Program-made: the position numbers and the translations under genes
Source: Macrostomum hystrix
Taxonomy: Eukaryota > Animalia > Platyhelminthes
Direction: 5' to 3'
NCBI GenBank assembly: GCA_950097015.1
Contig: CATNEN010000014.1
Span: forward strand, 1,116,001-1,180,000
Length of the DNA: 64,000 bases
The notes under the pieces: model-generated
Database searches by the model: none
Told to the model about the DNA's origin: nothing
The model's input: only the letters and a program-made list of their open reading frames with translations
Shown: positions 1 to 12,428 of the stretch, in pieces
How positions within the stretch are numbered: position 1 is the first letter of the stretch
Layout of the letters: each line of letters starts with the position of its first letter

Positions 1-1255
1 GCCACGCCTTCGTCACCGACAGCGCCCAGCTGGCAGAGGAGCTCAACAATCTGCTTGGCGACTGCTTCAAACTGGCGTACGCGCTCCAGCAGCAGCAGGA
101 ACAGCGGAAGCAGCAGCAGCAGCCGCAGTTGCAACAGCTTCCGCCGCCGCAGCCACCGCCAACAGCCCAGCAGCTGCTGTTGAACAACGACAGCTCTGCC
201 ACCATTATTGGCCGTCGCGGCGTCGGCGGCAGCAGCCTGCCCAGCAGTTTAGAATACCTGCGCCGCATCAACGCATTCGCTTTGAGCAATACCTGCGGCG
301 GTCGCCAGCCAGCCCAGCCATCAGGCCCCGGCGCTCCTGTTGAGAACTTCCGCTCCGCCTACGGCAATCCAGTCATTGTGCTGAAGGAGTGCATCGATCA
401 GTCCGTCACGGCCGGCGCCGGCGGCGGCATTCTCGTCGGTCCGGCCGCGCTGGCCGCTAGCGGCGGCGGATGGGACACTGTGGATGCCCCGACAGTGGCG
501 CGGTCCGGCATCATCAACAACGGCTTGACGGCCGCCGCTGCCTCTTCAGTAGATGTTGAGTCGCCGCCGCCGCCGCTGCCGCATCGGTACGCCGCGCGCG
601 CTTTTTCATTTTATTTCCTTACCTCGCTACTTTAAGTAGGCGATTAGTACCCTGCCCCGACTTTCCGCCTGCCCGCTACAGGAACGACAGCCTGCGGCCG
701 AACTCCTCCGACCGCGGCCTCAATCAGTCGCTACCATCGGAGCTGACGCCGGCCGCCTGGTACCAGGCCGACCTGCCGCGCGATCTGGCCCTGGAGCTCC
801 TCAGCCGGGAGGAGATCGGCGGCTTCATTGTGCGCGACAGCAGCACCCACGCCAACTGCTACGCCCTGTCCGTGCGGGTGCCCAAGAGCGACAATCCGTC
901 CGGCTACGCGCACTACCTCATCCAGCGCACTGGCCGCGGCGTGAAGCTCAAGGGCCTGGCCAAGGAGTGGCCCAGCCTGCAGTCGCTGGTTTGCCACCTG
1001 TCTGTGATGCCCGAGATGCTGCCCTGCCCGCTGCGGCTGCCCCGACAGCAGGAGAACCCCATTTACTCCGAGCACCCGGTGGCTCCTGGCGGCGGCTTCG
1101 GCCTCCCCGGCTCTGCCGCTGGCGGTGGCGTTGCCGACGCGGAGCCGGAGGACCTGGCCGGCCAGCCGTGCCCCTACGGCCTGAACCTGCCGCCAGACGA
1201 GGACTATCAGCGGCTGTCTGACTTTAGCTCAATCATGGCCGAGCTCAGGGTTTAG
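1..1255 (+). CDS. PTB + SH2 adaptor protein, 3' part (EGFRAP/PVRAP - SH2D5-like); exons <1-586 and 682-1255
   Basis: Frame from nt 3 reads HAFVTDSAQLAEELNNLLGDCFKLAYA (resembles a PTB C-terminal helix), then a Q/G/A-rich linker. GT..AG intron 587-681 is phase 2 and keeps frame. Exon 2 encodes an SH2 domain WYQADLPRDLALELLSREEIGGFIVRDSS..CYALSVRV..AHYLIQRT..VKLKGLAKEWPSLQSLVCHLSVMPEMLPCPLRLP, very like the Drosophila EGFRAP-type SH2. Stop at 1253-1255. Confidence 0.8.
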
Positions 1256-1417
1256 CCAAGGTCGAATTTAGCTGAAATTTATCCTGAAAAACATTTATCT
1301 GTTAAATTGTTGCCCCTTTATTGTGTATTTAAATAGTTGCTTTTTGTCAGGGGTCGGCACCTATCAGCACCTGTTCTATGTGCACCGCGTGCTAAATATA
1401 GAATCCAAAAAACAGCT

Positions 1418-1707
1418 GGGAGATTAGACAGTGGAGAGATTAGACAGGGGAGAAATTAGACGGGAGAGATAAGACAGGTGAGAGATGAGACAAGTGAGAG
1501 ATGAGACAGGTGAGGGATTAGATTGGGGAGAAATTAGACGAGAGAGATGAGACAGTGGAGAGATTAGACGGGAGACATGAGACAGGTGAGAGATGAGACT
1601 GTTGAGAGATGAGACAGGTGAGGGATTAGATTGGGGAGAAATTAGACGAGAGAGATGAGACAGTGGAGAGATTAGATGGGAGAGATGTGACAGGTGAGAG
1701 ATGAGAC
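1418..1707. repeat. Degenerate purine-rich minisatellite (~19-bp units such as GAGACAGGTGAGAGATGA)
   Basis: Recurrent gagattagac / gagatgagacagg motifs with an internal duplicated block. Confidence 0.75.
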
Positions 1708-2547
1708 CGGATTCGGGAGCTTGAAGGGCCGTATCAGGCCGGCTGGCCGAAGGTTGCTGACCCCCGCATAATGTAAACGCAGAGCTGCTACAATCAATGC
1801 AGTACTAATGCAGTAGATTCCTTAGCCGTGTTCATGCCTGTTACTATTTGCATGCCTGCTACCTGGAACAGTGACAGCAGCAGCTCAGCTATCACTGCAT
1901 CAACGATTGTTTGAGTCTCAGCCCGAAGTCTGGCTTTTTCTATCCGGTATTTAATCTAGTCCTTGCTTTGATTTACTCTGCATAGCACCTTTATATCTAT
2001 GAATCTATCGCATATTTATATATATATTTATATATTTGTCTACTTATTTACTATCGCTTAGCGCCCGGAGCTTGTAGAATCACTCATGATGGTCAGCCAG
2101 AATCACATCACGCAGGACCCGTCTGTGTGCACTGGCACTTTTCATTTTTGGCTATTGTGGGCTGCTTTCAACTGACTTCCTTCCACCCCTCAACTCTCCA
2201 TCGACAAGCATGTCCTCCTGGTCTTTCAGCCGCTTCCAGAGCTTCTTTACTGGGGATCGGGTGTTCGAACAATTCCGGAGGACAGGCAGGCGACCGACTT
2301 TGGTATGGCTGCCTTTGTTATTTGGCAGAAAATGTGTGACAAGCCTGTCCTTTGGAATTCCTCAACTGATCCGTTTTTTTCCAGAAAATGATCACAAATG
2401 TTACAGTTTAAATATTGAAATTCTTTTATAACGCCAGCACAATTTTGCTGCTGTTTTTATTAATTAACTATAAATTAAAGTAAATTACATTAACACATTT
2501 TTACCTTTTTCAATTGTAAACCTGCTACCAAACCAGGCCGCGCAATC

Positions 2548-3060
2548 AGGCGCATGACCTACTGTTGCTAAGGCCAGCAGGCGCATGACCTACTGTTGCT
2601 AAGGCTAGCAGGCGCATGACCCGCTGTTGCTAAGGCCAACAGGCGCATGACCTACTGTTGCTAAGGCTAGCAGGCGCATGACCTGTTGCTAAGGCTAGCA
2701 GGCGCATGACCTACTGTTGCTAAGGCTAGCAGGCGCATGACCTACTGTTGCTAAGGCTAGCAGGCGCATGACCTACTGTTGCTAAGGCTAGCAGGCGCAT
2801 GACCTACTGTTGCTAAGGCCAGCAGGCGCATGACCCACTGTTGCTAAGGCCAGCGGGCGCATGACCCGCTGTTGCTAAGGCCAGCAGGCGCATGACCCGC
2901 TGTTGCTAAGGCCAGCAGGCGCATGACCCGCTGTTGCTAAGGCCAGCAGGCGCATGACCCGCTGTTGCTAAGGCCAGCAGGCGCATGACCCGCTGTTGCT
3001 AAGGCCAGCGGGCGCATGACCCGCTGTTGCTAAGGCCAGCAGGCGCATGACCCGCTGTTG
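2548..3060. repeat. 31-bp minisatellite AGGCGCATGACC(T/C)(A/G)CTGTTGCTAAGGC(T/C)AGC, ~16 copies
   Basis: Direct tandem periodicity. Variant units are polarised (cctac/ctag to the left, cccgc/ccag to the right). Confidence 0.95.
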
Positions 3061-4062
3061 TTTGGCTTGTTGCACACGCCTGACTTCCTTATCACAAATG
3101 TTCACATTGCTGCCTACTGGTACTGAGTTTGCACCTATTTATAATTGATTCTCCACCGGAATGAAAGCGCAGCATCTGAACTTTTAGTTTTACAAGCTCG
3201 CTAGCTAATTAGATTCGATTGTACTAGCATATTATTTATCCCAATCGGGTTCCGCCCCGTGTGCATCAGATCTCCTCAGGCCGGCTGCGCCTTTGCGGTG
3301 GCGCTGAAATCCTTACATGATGCCAGTTTAGATTTGCTTTTCAATGTGATTTCAAAGCTAATTTTTCTTTTAGCTGTTTTAAGTTCACTCGGTCCTTTGT
3401 TCAATGCATATCAGCAATTCAGCCCCCAGCTCCGTTTTTTATTCGAGTCTTTGTTACCACCGGACAGAAAATTGCAATAGCTCAGAGGCTGTACTGTACT
3501 ACCGATGGAGCTTTGTCCGATTTTTGCCCGATATCGCAGACAACGGGCAGGCGATCGCAGACACTACTGGTGAAATCGGGGCCCTTTTTTATATGATTAG
3601 TTTTTATATGGTCAGCAAGCTTCCTGCTATTTAACTCAATATCACGGTGGCCAACTGACGGCCGTTGAAATCATGTGTTTTATATTTTATTAATAACGCG
3701 AATTCCACACAAATATGCGTCTTACCCTACTTATTCAGTAGTACAATTAGCGCATGCGTTGCTCTATTTAAATTTAGCTGACACGTCCGGTATTTATATA
3801 GCTGATTGACAAACTCGCTGCTAATCATGATTTTTGTTCGCTTTTTATCTATATTGACCTAATGTTCAACAATGCATCGTTCATACCTGGCCGTTGCAGT
3901 TTACCTGATTGCACGGCTGTCACGTTTGCTAAACCTCATAAGCAGAGTTTTTGTCCTGTCTTAACTCATTTATATGCTCCGCCTCGGCTATCTGAATACA
4001 ATATGGTCGGCTAATGCTAACTCAACTGAGGCACATATGAACTAAACTGACGGACTTCTGAG

Positions 4063-6972
4063 CTCAACTGAGGCAGATGCTAACTCAACTGAGGCAGATG
4101 CTAACTCAACTGAGGCAGATGCTAACTCAACTGAGGCAGATGCTAACTCAAATGAGGCAGATGCTAACTCAACTGAGGCAGATGCTAACTCAACTGAGGC
4201 AGATGCTAACTCAACTGAGGCAGATGCTAACTCAAATGAGGCAGATGCTAACTCAACTGAGGCAGATGCTAACTCAACTGAGGCAGATGCTAACTCAACT
4301 GAGGCAGATGCTAACTCAACTGAGGCAGATGCTAACTCAACTGAGGCAGATGCTAACTCAAATGAGGCAGATGCTAACTCAACTGAGGCAGATGCTAACT
4401 CAACTGAGGCAGATGCTAACTCAACTGAGGCAGATGCTAACTCAACTGAGGCAGATGCTAACTCAAATGAGGCAGATGCTAACTCAAATGAGGCAGATGC
4501 TAACTCAACTGAGGCAGATGCTAACTCAACTGAGGCAGATGCTAACTCAACTGAGGCAGATGCTAACTCAACTGAGGCAGATGCTAACTCAAATGAGGCA
4601 GATGCTAACTCAACTGAGGCAGATGCTAACTCAACTGAGGCAGATGCTAACTCAACTGAGGCAGATGCTAACTCAACTGAGGCAGATGCTAACTCAAATG
4701 AGGCAGATGCTAACTCAACTGAGGCAGATGCTAACTCAACTGAGGCAGATGCTAACTCAACTGAGGCAGATGCTAACTCAAATGAGGCAGATGCTAACTC
4801 AACTGAGGCAGATGCTAACTCAAATGAGGCAGATGCTAACTCAACTGAGGCAGATGCTAACTCAACTGAGGCAGATGCTAACTCAACTGAGGCAGATGCT
4901 AACTCAAATGAGGCAGATGCTAACTCAACTGAGGCAGATGCTAACTCAACTGAGGCAGATGCTAACTCAACTGAGGCAGATGCTAACTCAACTGAGGCAG
5001 ATGCTAACTCAAATGAGGCAGATGCTAACTCAAATGAGGCAGATGCTAACTCAACTGAGGCAGATGCTAACTCAACTGAGGCAGATGCTAACTCAAATGA
5101 GGCAGATGCTAACTCAACTGAGGCAGATGCTAACTCAAATGAGGCAGATGCTAACTCAACTGAGGCAGATGCTAACTCAACTGAGGCAGATGCTAACTCA
5201 ACTGAGGCAGATGCTAACTCAAATGAGGCAGATGCTAACTCAACTGAGGCAGATGCTAACTCAACTGAGGCAGATGCTAACTCAACTGAGGGCAGATGCT
5301 AACTCAACTGAGGCAGATGCTAACTCAAATGAGGCAGATGCTAACTCAACTGAGGCAGATGCTACTCAACTGAGGCAGATGCTAACTCAACTGAGGCAGA
5401 TGCTAACTCAACTGAGGCAGATGCTAACTCAACTGAGGCAGATGCTAACTCAACTGAGGCAGATGCTAACTCAACTGAGGCAGATGCTAACTCAAATGAG
5501 GCAGATGCTAACTCAACTGAGGCAGATGCTAACTCAACTGAGGCAGATGCTAACTCAACTGAGGCAGATGCTAACTCAAATGAGGCAGATGCTAACTCAA
5601 CTGAGGCAGATGCTAACTCAACTGAGGCAGATGCTAACTCAACTGAGGCAGATGCTAACTCAAATGAGGCAGATGCTAACTCAACTGAGGCAGATGCTAA
5701 CTCAAATGAGGCAGATGCTAACTCAACTGAGGCAGATGCTAACTCAACTGAGGCAGATGCTAACTCAACTGAGGCAGATGCTAACTCAAATGAGGCAGAT
5801 GCTAACTCAACTGAGGCAGATGCTAACTCAACTGAGGCAGATGCTAACTCAACTGAGGCAGATGCTAACTCAACTGAGGCAGATGCTAACTCAAATGAGG
5901 CAGATGCTAACTCAAATGAGGCAGATGCTAACTCAACTGAGGCAGATGCTAACTCAACTGAGGCAGATGCTAACTCAACTGAGGCAGATGCTAACTCAAA
6001 TGAGGCAGATGCTAACTCAACTGAGGCAGATGCTAACTCAACTGAGGCAGATGCTAACTCAACTGAGGCAGATGCTAACTCAACTGAGGCAGATGCTAAC
6101 TCAAATGAGGCAGATGCTAACTCAACTGAGGCAGATGCTAACTCAACTGAGGCAGATGCTAACTCAACTGAGGCAGATGCTAACTCAAATGAGGCAGATG
6201 CTAACTCAACTGAGGCAGATGCTAACTCAACTGAGGCAGATGCTAACTCAACTGAGGCAGATGCTAACTCAACTGAGGCAGATGCTAACTCAACTGAGGC
6301 AGATGCTAACTCAAATGAGGCAGATGCTAACTCAACTGAGGCAGATGCTACTCAACTGAGGCAGATGCTAACTCAACTGAGGCAGATGCTAACTCAACTG
6401 AGGCAGATGCTAACTCAACTGAGGCAGATGCTAACTCAACTGAGGCAGATGCTAACTCAAATGAGGCAGATGCTAACTCAACTGAGGCAGATGCTAACTC
6501 AACTGAGGCAGATGCTAACTCAAATGAGGCAGATGCTAACTCAACTGAGGCAGATGCTAACTCAACTGAGGCAGATGCTAACTCAACTGAGGCAGATGCT
6601 AACTCAAATGAGGCAGATGCTAACTCAACTGAGGCAGATGCTAACTCAACTGAGGCAGATGCTAACTCAACTGAGGCAGATGCTAACTCAACTGAGGCAG
6701 ATGCTAACTCAACTGAGGCAGATGCTAACTCAACTGAGGCAGATGCTACTCAACTGAGGCAGATGCTAACTCAACTGAGGCAGATGCTAACTCAACTGAG
6801 GCAGATGCTAACTCAACTGAGGCAGATGCTAACTCAACTGAGGCAGATGCTAACTCAACTGAGGCAGATGCTAACTCAACTGAGGCAGATGCTAACTCAA
6901 CTGAGGCAGATGCTAACTCAAATGAGGCAGATGCTAACTCAAATGAGGCAGATGCTAACTCAAATGAGGCAG
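4063..6972. repeat. 21-bp minisatellite CTCAA(C/A)TGAGGCAGATGCTAA, ~138 copies
   Basis: Near-perfect tandem array with two variant units and a few 1-bp indels. It generates the spurious MLTQLRQ ORFs. Confidence 0.98.
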
Positions 6973-8207
6973 ATCTGTACTCAATCCGTGCTCAGAGCGA
7001 TAGCTGTGGATTATCCGCAAGCCTGATCTAATTTTCAGACTAAGGCGCAGATGCAGAGATTTAATATCTGGGCCATAATCTTTCTTTGCACGCACCACAG
7101 CCAGGCAAAGGGAGTAGAAGGCCGGGCCACCTGCCCTCCCTACGCCGTCAGGTCGGGGCGTGTCTTTTGTCAAGGTTCACCGGCAAGTCGCTTATTTTTT
7201 TTATCTCTTAGACTTAAGGCGTTGCCTCCTAAAAGGGAAGGGAAACACAAAACTTAAAACAAAAAAAGCTGTGAAATAATAATTGGATGTGTTGCATATG
7301 CTGCATGCTATGCTGATTTATTTATAGACTTATTCTCGTCTAAAAGTAGTCTATGTGCCATTGAGGCAAAATGCTACTGTACATCTTGTTTGCTAGAAGC
7401 TTCAATGCCCCTTAAGGGTAAAGAAATATAACAGCGAGCTTTAGGCTCATGCCAACTTGGAGCTGCTCTAATAACGCTCTTCTGCAATTCACAAACCCAA
7501 GTGCCTTCGTGTTCCTCAAACGTAACAGGATGCAAATTCAAAAGTTTAAATTGTTCAAATTAATTTCTTAATTGTCGACTGTCTTTTAGTGGCCTTTAAA
7601 GTGCGGATCCTTATGCAATGACGCCCGATCCTTATTTTAAAGGCTTCTTAGTTCGAAAAAAATATATAATCTTCTGCTTCTAAAGTTATAGAAGGGATCC
7701 CACAGGTAATTGCACCTGGGGAAATTGCAACTTTGCCAACTGTGTCTACTGGCTGAAAACAGCAGTTTGTACTTCTTTGAATTTGTGCAACTTTGCCAAT
7801 CAATTCATCTCATTTTAATAATTATTATTAATCTTAATTGTTGATTGGTAAATCATCTAGTTTCTCCCTACAAGCCCACTTCTCACTGGACCCCCGTAAC
7901 TCAGGTGCCTCGATGTCAAATAGCTCCAAGTGTCATTGAATTCTGCCTTTCTGCGCGAACTGACCACAAGTACGTCTGCTGCTCAGGAAAGCGTGCTCCA
8001 TTGGATTTGCAATCTGAGCATGCTAATATTTAATGGTAGCTAGCTTCATTTCACGGAGGCTGGGAACGATTTGACAGTTCAAATGAGCATGCCCGATGCA
8101 GACGAAGCTTAAAGCAGTTCAGGGCAGCCCAGATTCGGGAGGCCATCTGGTATAAAAGGTCGAATAGGCAAGGAGTGCATGGCGTTTCATTTGCACTGAT
8201 TCCGCAG

Positions 8208-11200
8208 ATGAAGGCAGCCGGAATTCGCACGCTCTGCTTTGCGCTCGCCCTCGGATGGCTCGTGGCGCCGCTCCGGTGCAAGATGCCCGCCAAGCTGTGT
8301 GAGTACATGTATGCTCACCTCACCTGTGTGCGCTTCTGTGTTTTAACGGGAGTACATCCGCTGCCAATTCAATGAAGTTATCCGCATAATTAATTCGACT
8401 CTTTCCCAGAGACCATGCCAGTTCTCAAGGTAAAGGGAATCGCCACTCGTTTTTACAGCCAAGTCAACCTGTACGTCGTAAACCTTAAAATAAAATACAT
8501 AACAGTGGGTAGATGGATCATGAAAGTTAAGCAAAGTATATCTGAAAATAGAAAAGCAGGAAGCTTCTAATATCATTACTGCGTCAAGTTTGACCTGCAC
8601 ATATGGGGTTGATGGCCAAGACTTTAAAGCTGAATGTTTAACGAAATTCCTCATTAAATGTAGTCACTTTGCTATTCAGCGTCAGTCCTCTGGTCTAATC
8701 CAGCCGGGCTCAATCTAATTTTCAGCTGCAAACAATGTTTGCTATTTTCAATCAAGTTTTAGTAGACCACGTGCAGTTTTCTCGTCAACACAAAACCCCA
8801 ACCTGCAGGCTACGAGGGCGAGATTTCTGCTGCCGCCCTGGCCTCGGAGATCATCGGCGACCCCAGCTCCCAGCCCAAGAGGCCAGTGACAGAGTATAGC
8901 AATGAGCACCACTGCCTGTTCCAGCTGAGCGGCCAGATCTACCTTACCTGGCAACAGGCCGCTCGCTTCTGCGCCCTGTTCAACGCCACGCTGCCCGTCC
9001 TGCGCACCCAGTTCGCCTGGCAGACGCTGCGCAGCTACGCTGAGAACCGGCGCTTCTGGGTCGGCATTGTGCGCGCCGGCAGAGGTGAGTTCAGAGCAGC
9101 TTCAATGCGTACAGACGCCACAGACTACTCACAAACAGTATTTAAATATCTGAATGATCAAGAACATTTCACCGACGGTTCGGCCTTGAGCGTTTTTCTA
9201 GTTTAATACCCGAGGAAGAGCTGCTAAAAAAGGTTTAAATTTAGTTTAAGAAGACGATATTTAATAAACGGCAAACTAAACGCAACCCAAAGGGGTGAGT
9301 GGGTCAGCGGCTAGCGTCGCTGCCTCGCACTCCAATGGACGCTAGTTCGATTCCCCCTTCAAGCCAGGGTTAATTTCGGAACTTGTTGGAGGGTTTGGAC
9401 AGTAGCGACCGGCGGAGGTGCACCATATTTAGTGCAATCAAAGCTTGAAATAATAGCTTCGCTCCTACCTTCTGTGTGTCTGTTCTGCGTTGTGTGAGTT
9501 GTGTGCGTTGGCGCTGGGGCGTGAGGCCTTGCCGGGGGTGGCTGGGGGGTCGGGTGCACACCGGCGCTTTCTGGATTTCCGTCAGCGCGATTGGATAAGT
9601 GTACACTCATCACCCGGCCCCCCCTGAAGACTGATTTCATATCAGCCTTCCGCCCCGGCTTGGTCTGCTCTGTGTGTGCGTGTGGGGCTGGGGTGGGGGG
9701 CACTGCTGCCTATTCTGGGTGCCTCCTGCCCTCCCGCCTGCTCAGGGGAGGCGGTGCGATGGGCGCTAAGCGCCTAGTTCGCCGGTCTGCAGGGGGCGTG
9801 CCGCTCCGTCGCTTGTGCGGCAAGTGCCCCGGGCCCCCCTGCAAATAGATAGATAGAAACGCAACATAGGCTTCGACAAAAAGGAAGTGTAAGATTATGT
9901 ATCTTGTGATGCAGTAGTTGGACATTTTCTCGACCTGATCCCTCGATGGTGGCCCTGACATCAGGCTCCTACTCCATGCTTTTTTACGAGTAGCAGCTCG
10001 TAACAGATCGACTTGTCCGGATTATTTACTTAAATTCTTTACATTTTTTAAATTCACCCACAGGCCCCTTAAGAGCATCCTGATCCTAAATATCCTAATA
10101 CTATTGTTTAGGAGTCAAGACGCCAAGACGTCAAGTCAAGTCAAGGTGCCAAGACGCGTTTTGACCCTAGACGAAGGTATCGAAAAATTGGATAAATACT
10201 TCGAAGTACGAGTACGATAGGCAGTGTCTGATGGCAATTTCTTGAAATTGATGCCAGAATTATTTAATAATTCGAAAATTGTTTTTACTCCTAGCTAGGA
10301 CGTCGTCAGGGTAGGCGCTGAAATTTGTATCCCACCTCTGTTTACTAAAATAAATTTTCGCTCAACCTCCCTTATACTTATGACACGCTGAGCACAAATC
10401 CTCAACTGCTCAAATGCTGAACTTATTCTAATTCCAAAGGCTCCAACAGCCAAGTCGACGAACTATGGCGCTGGTACACCGACGGGCCGACCGAGCCACA
10501 GCTGCGCACCGACGACTTTCACCGATTCGACAACCGCACCGGCGTCGAATGGAGTCGCAACGAGCCAAGCGATGCCATGTGCGACGAAGCCTGCGGATTG
10601 GCCAGCTACGATGGCAACCTGGCCGACTACGCCTGCGAGGTGGTCCCACCCTGGGACCCCTGCGGAGACGAGTCGCACGCCGTGCACACCATCTGCCAGC
10701 GGTCCGCCCTGCCAGGTTTGTGAACAATGGCCGCATACAAAATTTTCACGGAACAAAAAGTAACGTTAAACTAAGAAAAAAATTTTTTTTCGATGGAGAA
10801 TTTTATTGATATTTCTCATTCAAATTTATCGCGACCCGAATTGCTCTGTTTCAGTATGCCGGTACCTCCGCGAACCTCCAATCATTGTGACCGAGAGGGA
10901 CGTCTTCTTTATCATCGCCGGCACCTTTGCAGGTTTGGCCTTTCGGGGTTAACAGCTCAGCATCTCATGATAACACAGCATCTCATGATAACACAGCATC
11001 TCATGATAACACAGCATCTCATGATAACACAGCATCTCATGATAACACAGCATCTCATGATAACACAGCATCTCATGATAACACAGCATCTCATGATAAC
11101 ACAGCATCTCATGATAACACAGCATCTCATGATAATACAGCATCTCATGATAATACAGCATCTCATGATAACACAGCATCTCATGATAACACAGCATCTC

Positions 11201-12428
11201 ATGATAACACAGCATCTCATGATAACACAGCATCTCATGATAATACAGCATCTCATGATAACACAGCATCTCATGATAACACAGCATCTCATGATAACAC
11301 AGCATCTCATGATAACACAGCATCTCATGATAACACAGCATCTCATGATAACACAGCATCTCATGATAACACAGCATCTCATGATAACACAGCATCTCAT
11401 GATAACACAGCATCTCATGATAACACAGCATCTCATGATAACACAGCATCTCATGATAACACAGCATCTCATGATAACACAGCATCTCATGATAACACAG
11501 CATCTCATGATAACACAGCATCTCATGATAACACAGCATCTCATGATAACACAGCATCTCATGATAACACAGCATCTCATGATAACACAGCATCTCATGA
11601 TAATACAGCATCTCATGATAACACAGCATCTCATGATAACACAGCATCTCATGATAACACAGCATCTCATGATAACACAGCATCTCATGATAACACAGCA
11701 TCTCATGATAACACAGCATCTCATGATAACACAGCATCTCATGATAACACAGCATCTCATGATAACACAGCATCTCATGATAACACAGCATCTCATGATA
11801 ACACTGCATCTCCTGACACCACTGCATCTCCTGACACCACTGCATCTCCTGACACCACTGCATCTCCTGACACCACTTCATCTCCTGACACCACTGCCTG
11901 TCCTGACACTATTGCATCTCCTGACACCACTGCATCTCCTGACACCACTGCATCTCCTGACACCACTGCCTGTCCTGACACCACTGCATCTCCTGACACC
12001 ACTGCATCTCCTGACACCACTTCATCTCCTGACACCACAGCATCTCCTGACACCACTTCATCTCCTGACACCACTGCCTGTCCTGACACTATTGCATCTC
12101 CTGACACCCTTGCCTGCCCTGAAACCCTGAAACTGCCTGTTCTGAGACTGAGACCAGTATTTTCACTATAGCCCTTGCAAACATAGAGCTCATTATCCAC
12201 TGTAGTCTTGCATGTATTCTTCTAGATTTAACTCACGTTTTGTGGGTTTTTTAGCCTAGATGGTATCATTTCTATTTACATTGTTTTATCACTATTTTTA
12301 CATGCACATCACATTCATGCAAATTAGGTCTGCTTTGCTCAACAGCTCTAATTTTATTTCTGCGGCTCATTGTCAATGCTATTTCCAAGAATACTCGGCC
12401 CAATACGCGTCAGCTACCTGCAACTTAA
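8208..12428 (+). CDS. Type I transmembrane C-type lectin domain protein (~273 aa); exons 8208-8298, 8809-9084, 10440-10715, 10855-10932, 12328-12428
   Basis: Signal peptide MKAAGIRTLCFALALGWLVAPLRC. All four introns are GT-AG phase 1 and the spliced frame is open (822 nt). CTLD motifs: TWQQAARFC, RRFWVGI, WRW, EWSRNEPS..EAC..ADYAC..TICQ. The TM helix VFFIIAGTFA|GLLCSTALILFLRLIV is split by intron 4 and followed by a short basic tail. Confidence 0.8.
9292..9857 (+). mobile_element. tRNA-derived SINE-like insertion in lectin intron 2 (3' end uncertain)
   Basis: Head GGGGTGAG-TGGGTCAGCGG (A-box-like) ... GTTCGATTC (B box, 9345-9353). It lacks a proper tRNA acceptor stem and resembles SINE2 heads (GCTGCCTC..). 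A GC-rich body follows, then a short (GATA)n tail at ~9845-9857. Confidence 0.55.
10957..12125. repeat. Composite 18-bp minisatellite (CAGCATCTCATGATAACA switching at ~11800 to CTGCATCTCCTGACACCA) in lectin intron 4
   Basis: Direct tandem periodicity between the donor at 10933 and the acceptor at 12327. Confidence 0.95.

Noticed and set aside
4077-7026. 760-aa and shorter (MLTQLRQ)n ORFs
   Set aside because: They are translations of a 21-bp satellite. Frames shift at 1-bp indels, and there is no unique coding flank or splice context.
9292-9362. Functional tRNA gene
   Set aside because: A and B boxes are present, but the acceptor, anticodon and T stems do not pair properly, so it is treated as a SINE head.
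9624-9655. Hammerhead ribozyme (CTGAAGA followed by a perfect hairpin)
   Set aside because: The required GAAA after stem II is absent (CCTT instead).
10114-10180. GTCAAGACGCCAAGAC short repeats as a transposon end
   Set aside because: Too short, and no matching opposite terminus was found.
10793-12200. Mucin-like (TASHDN/TASPDT)n ORF as a stalk of the lectin
   Set aside because: It lies inside intron 4, which splits the TM helix, and is out of frame with exon 4 (read-through hits TAA at ~10950).
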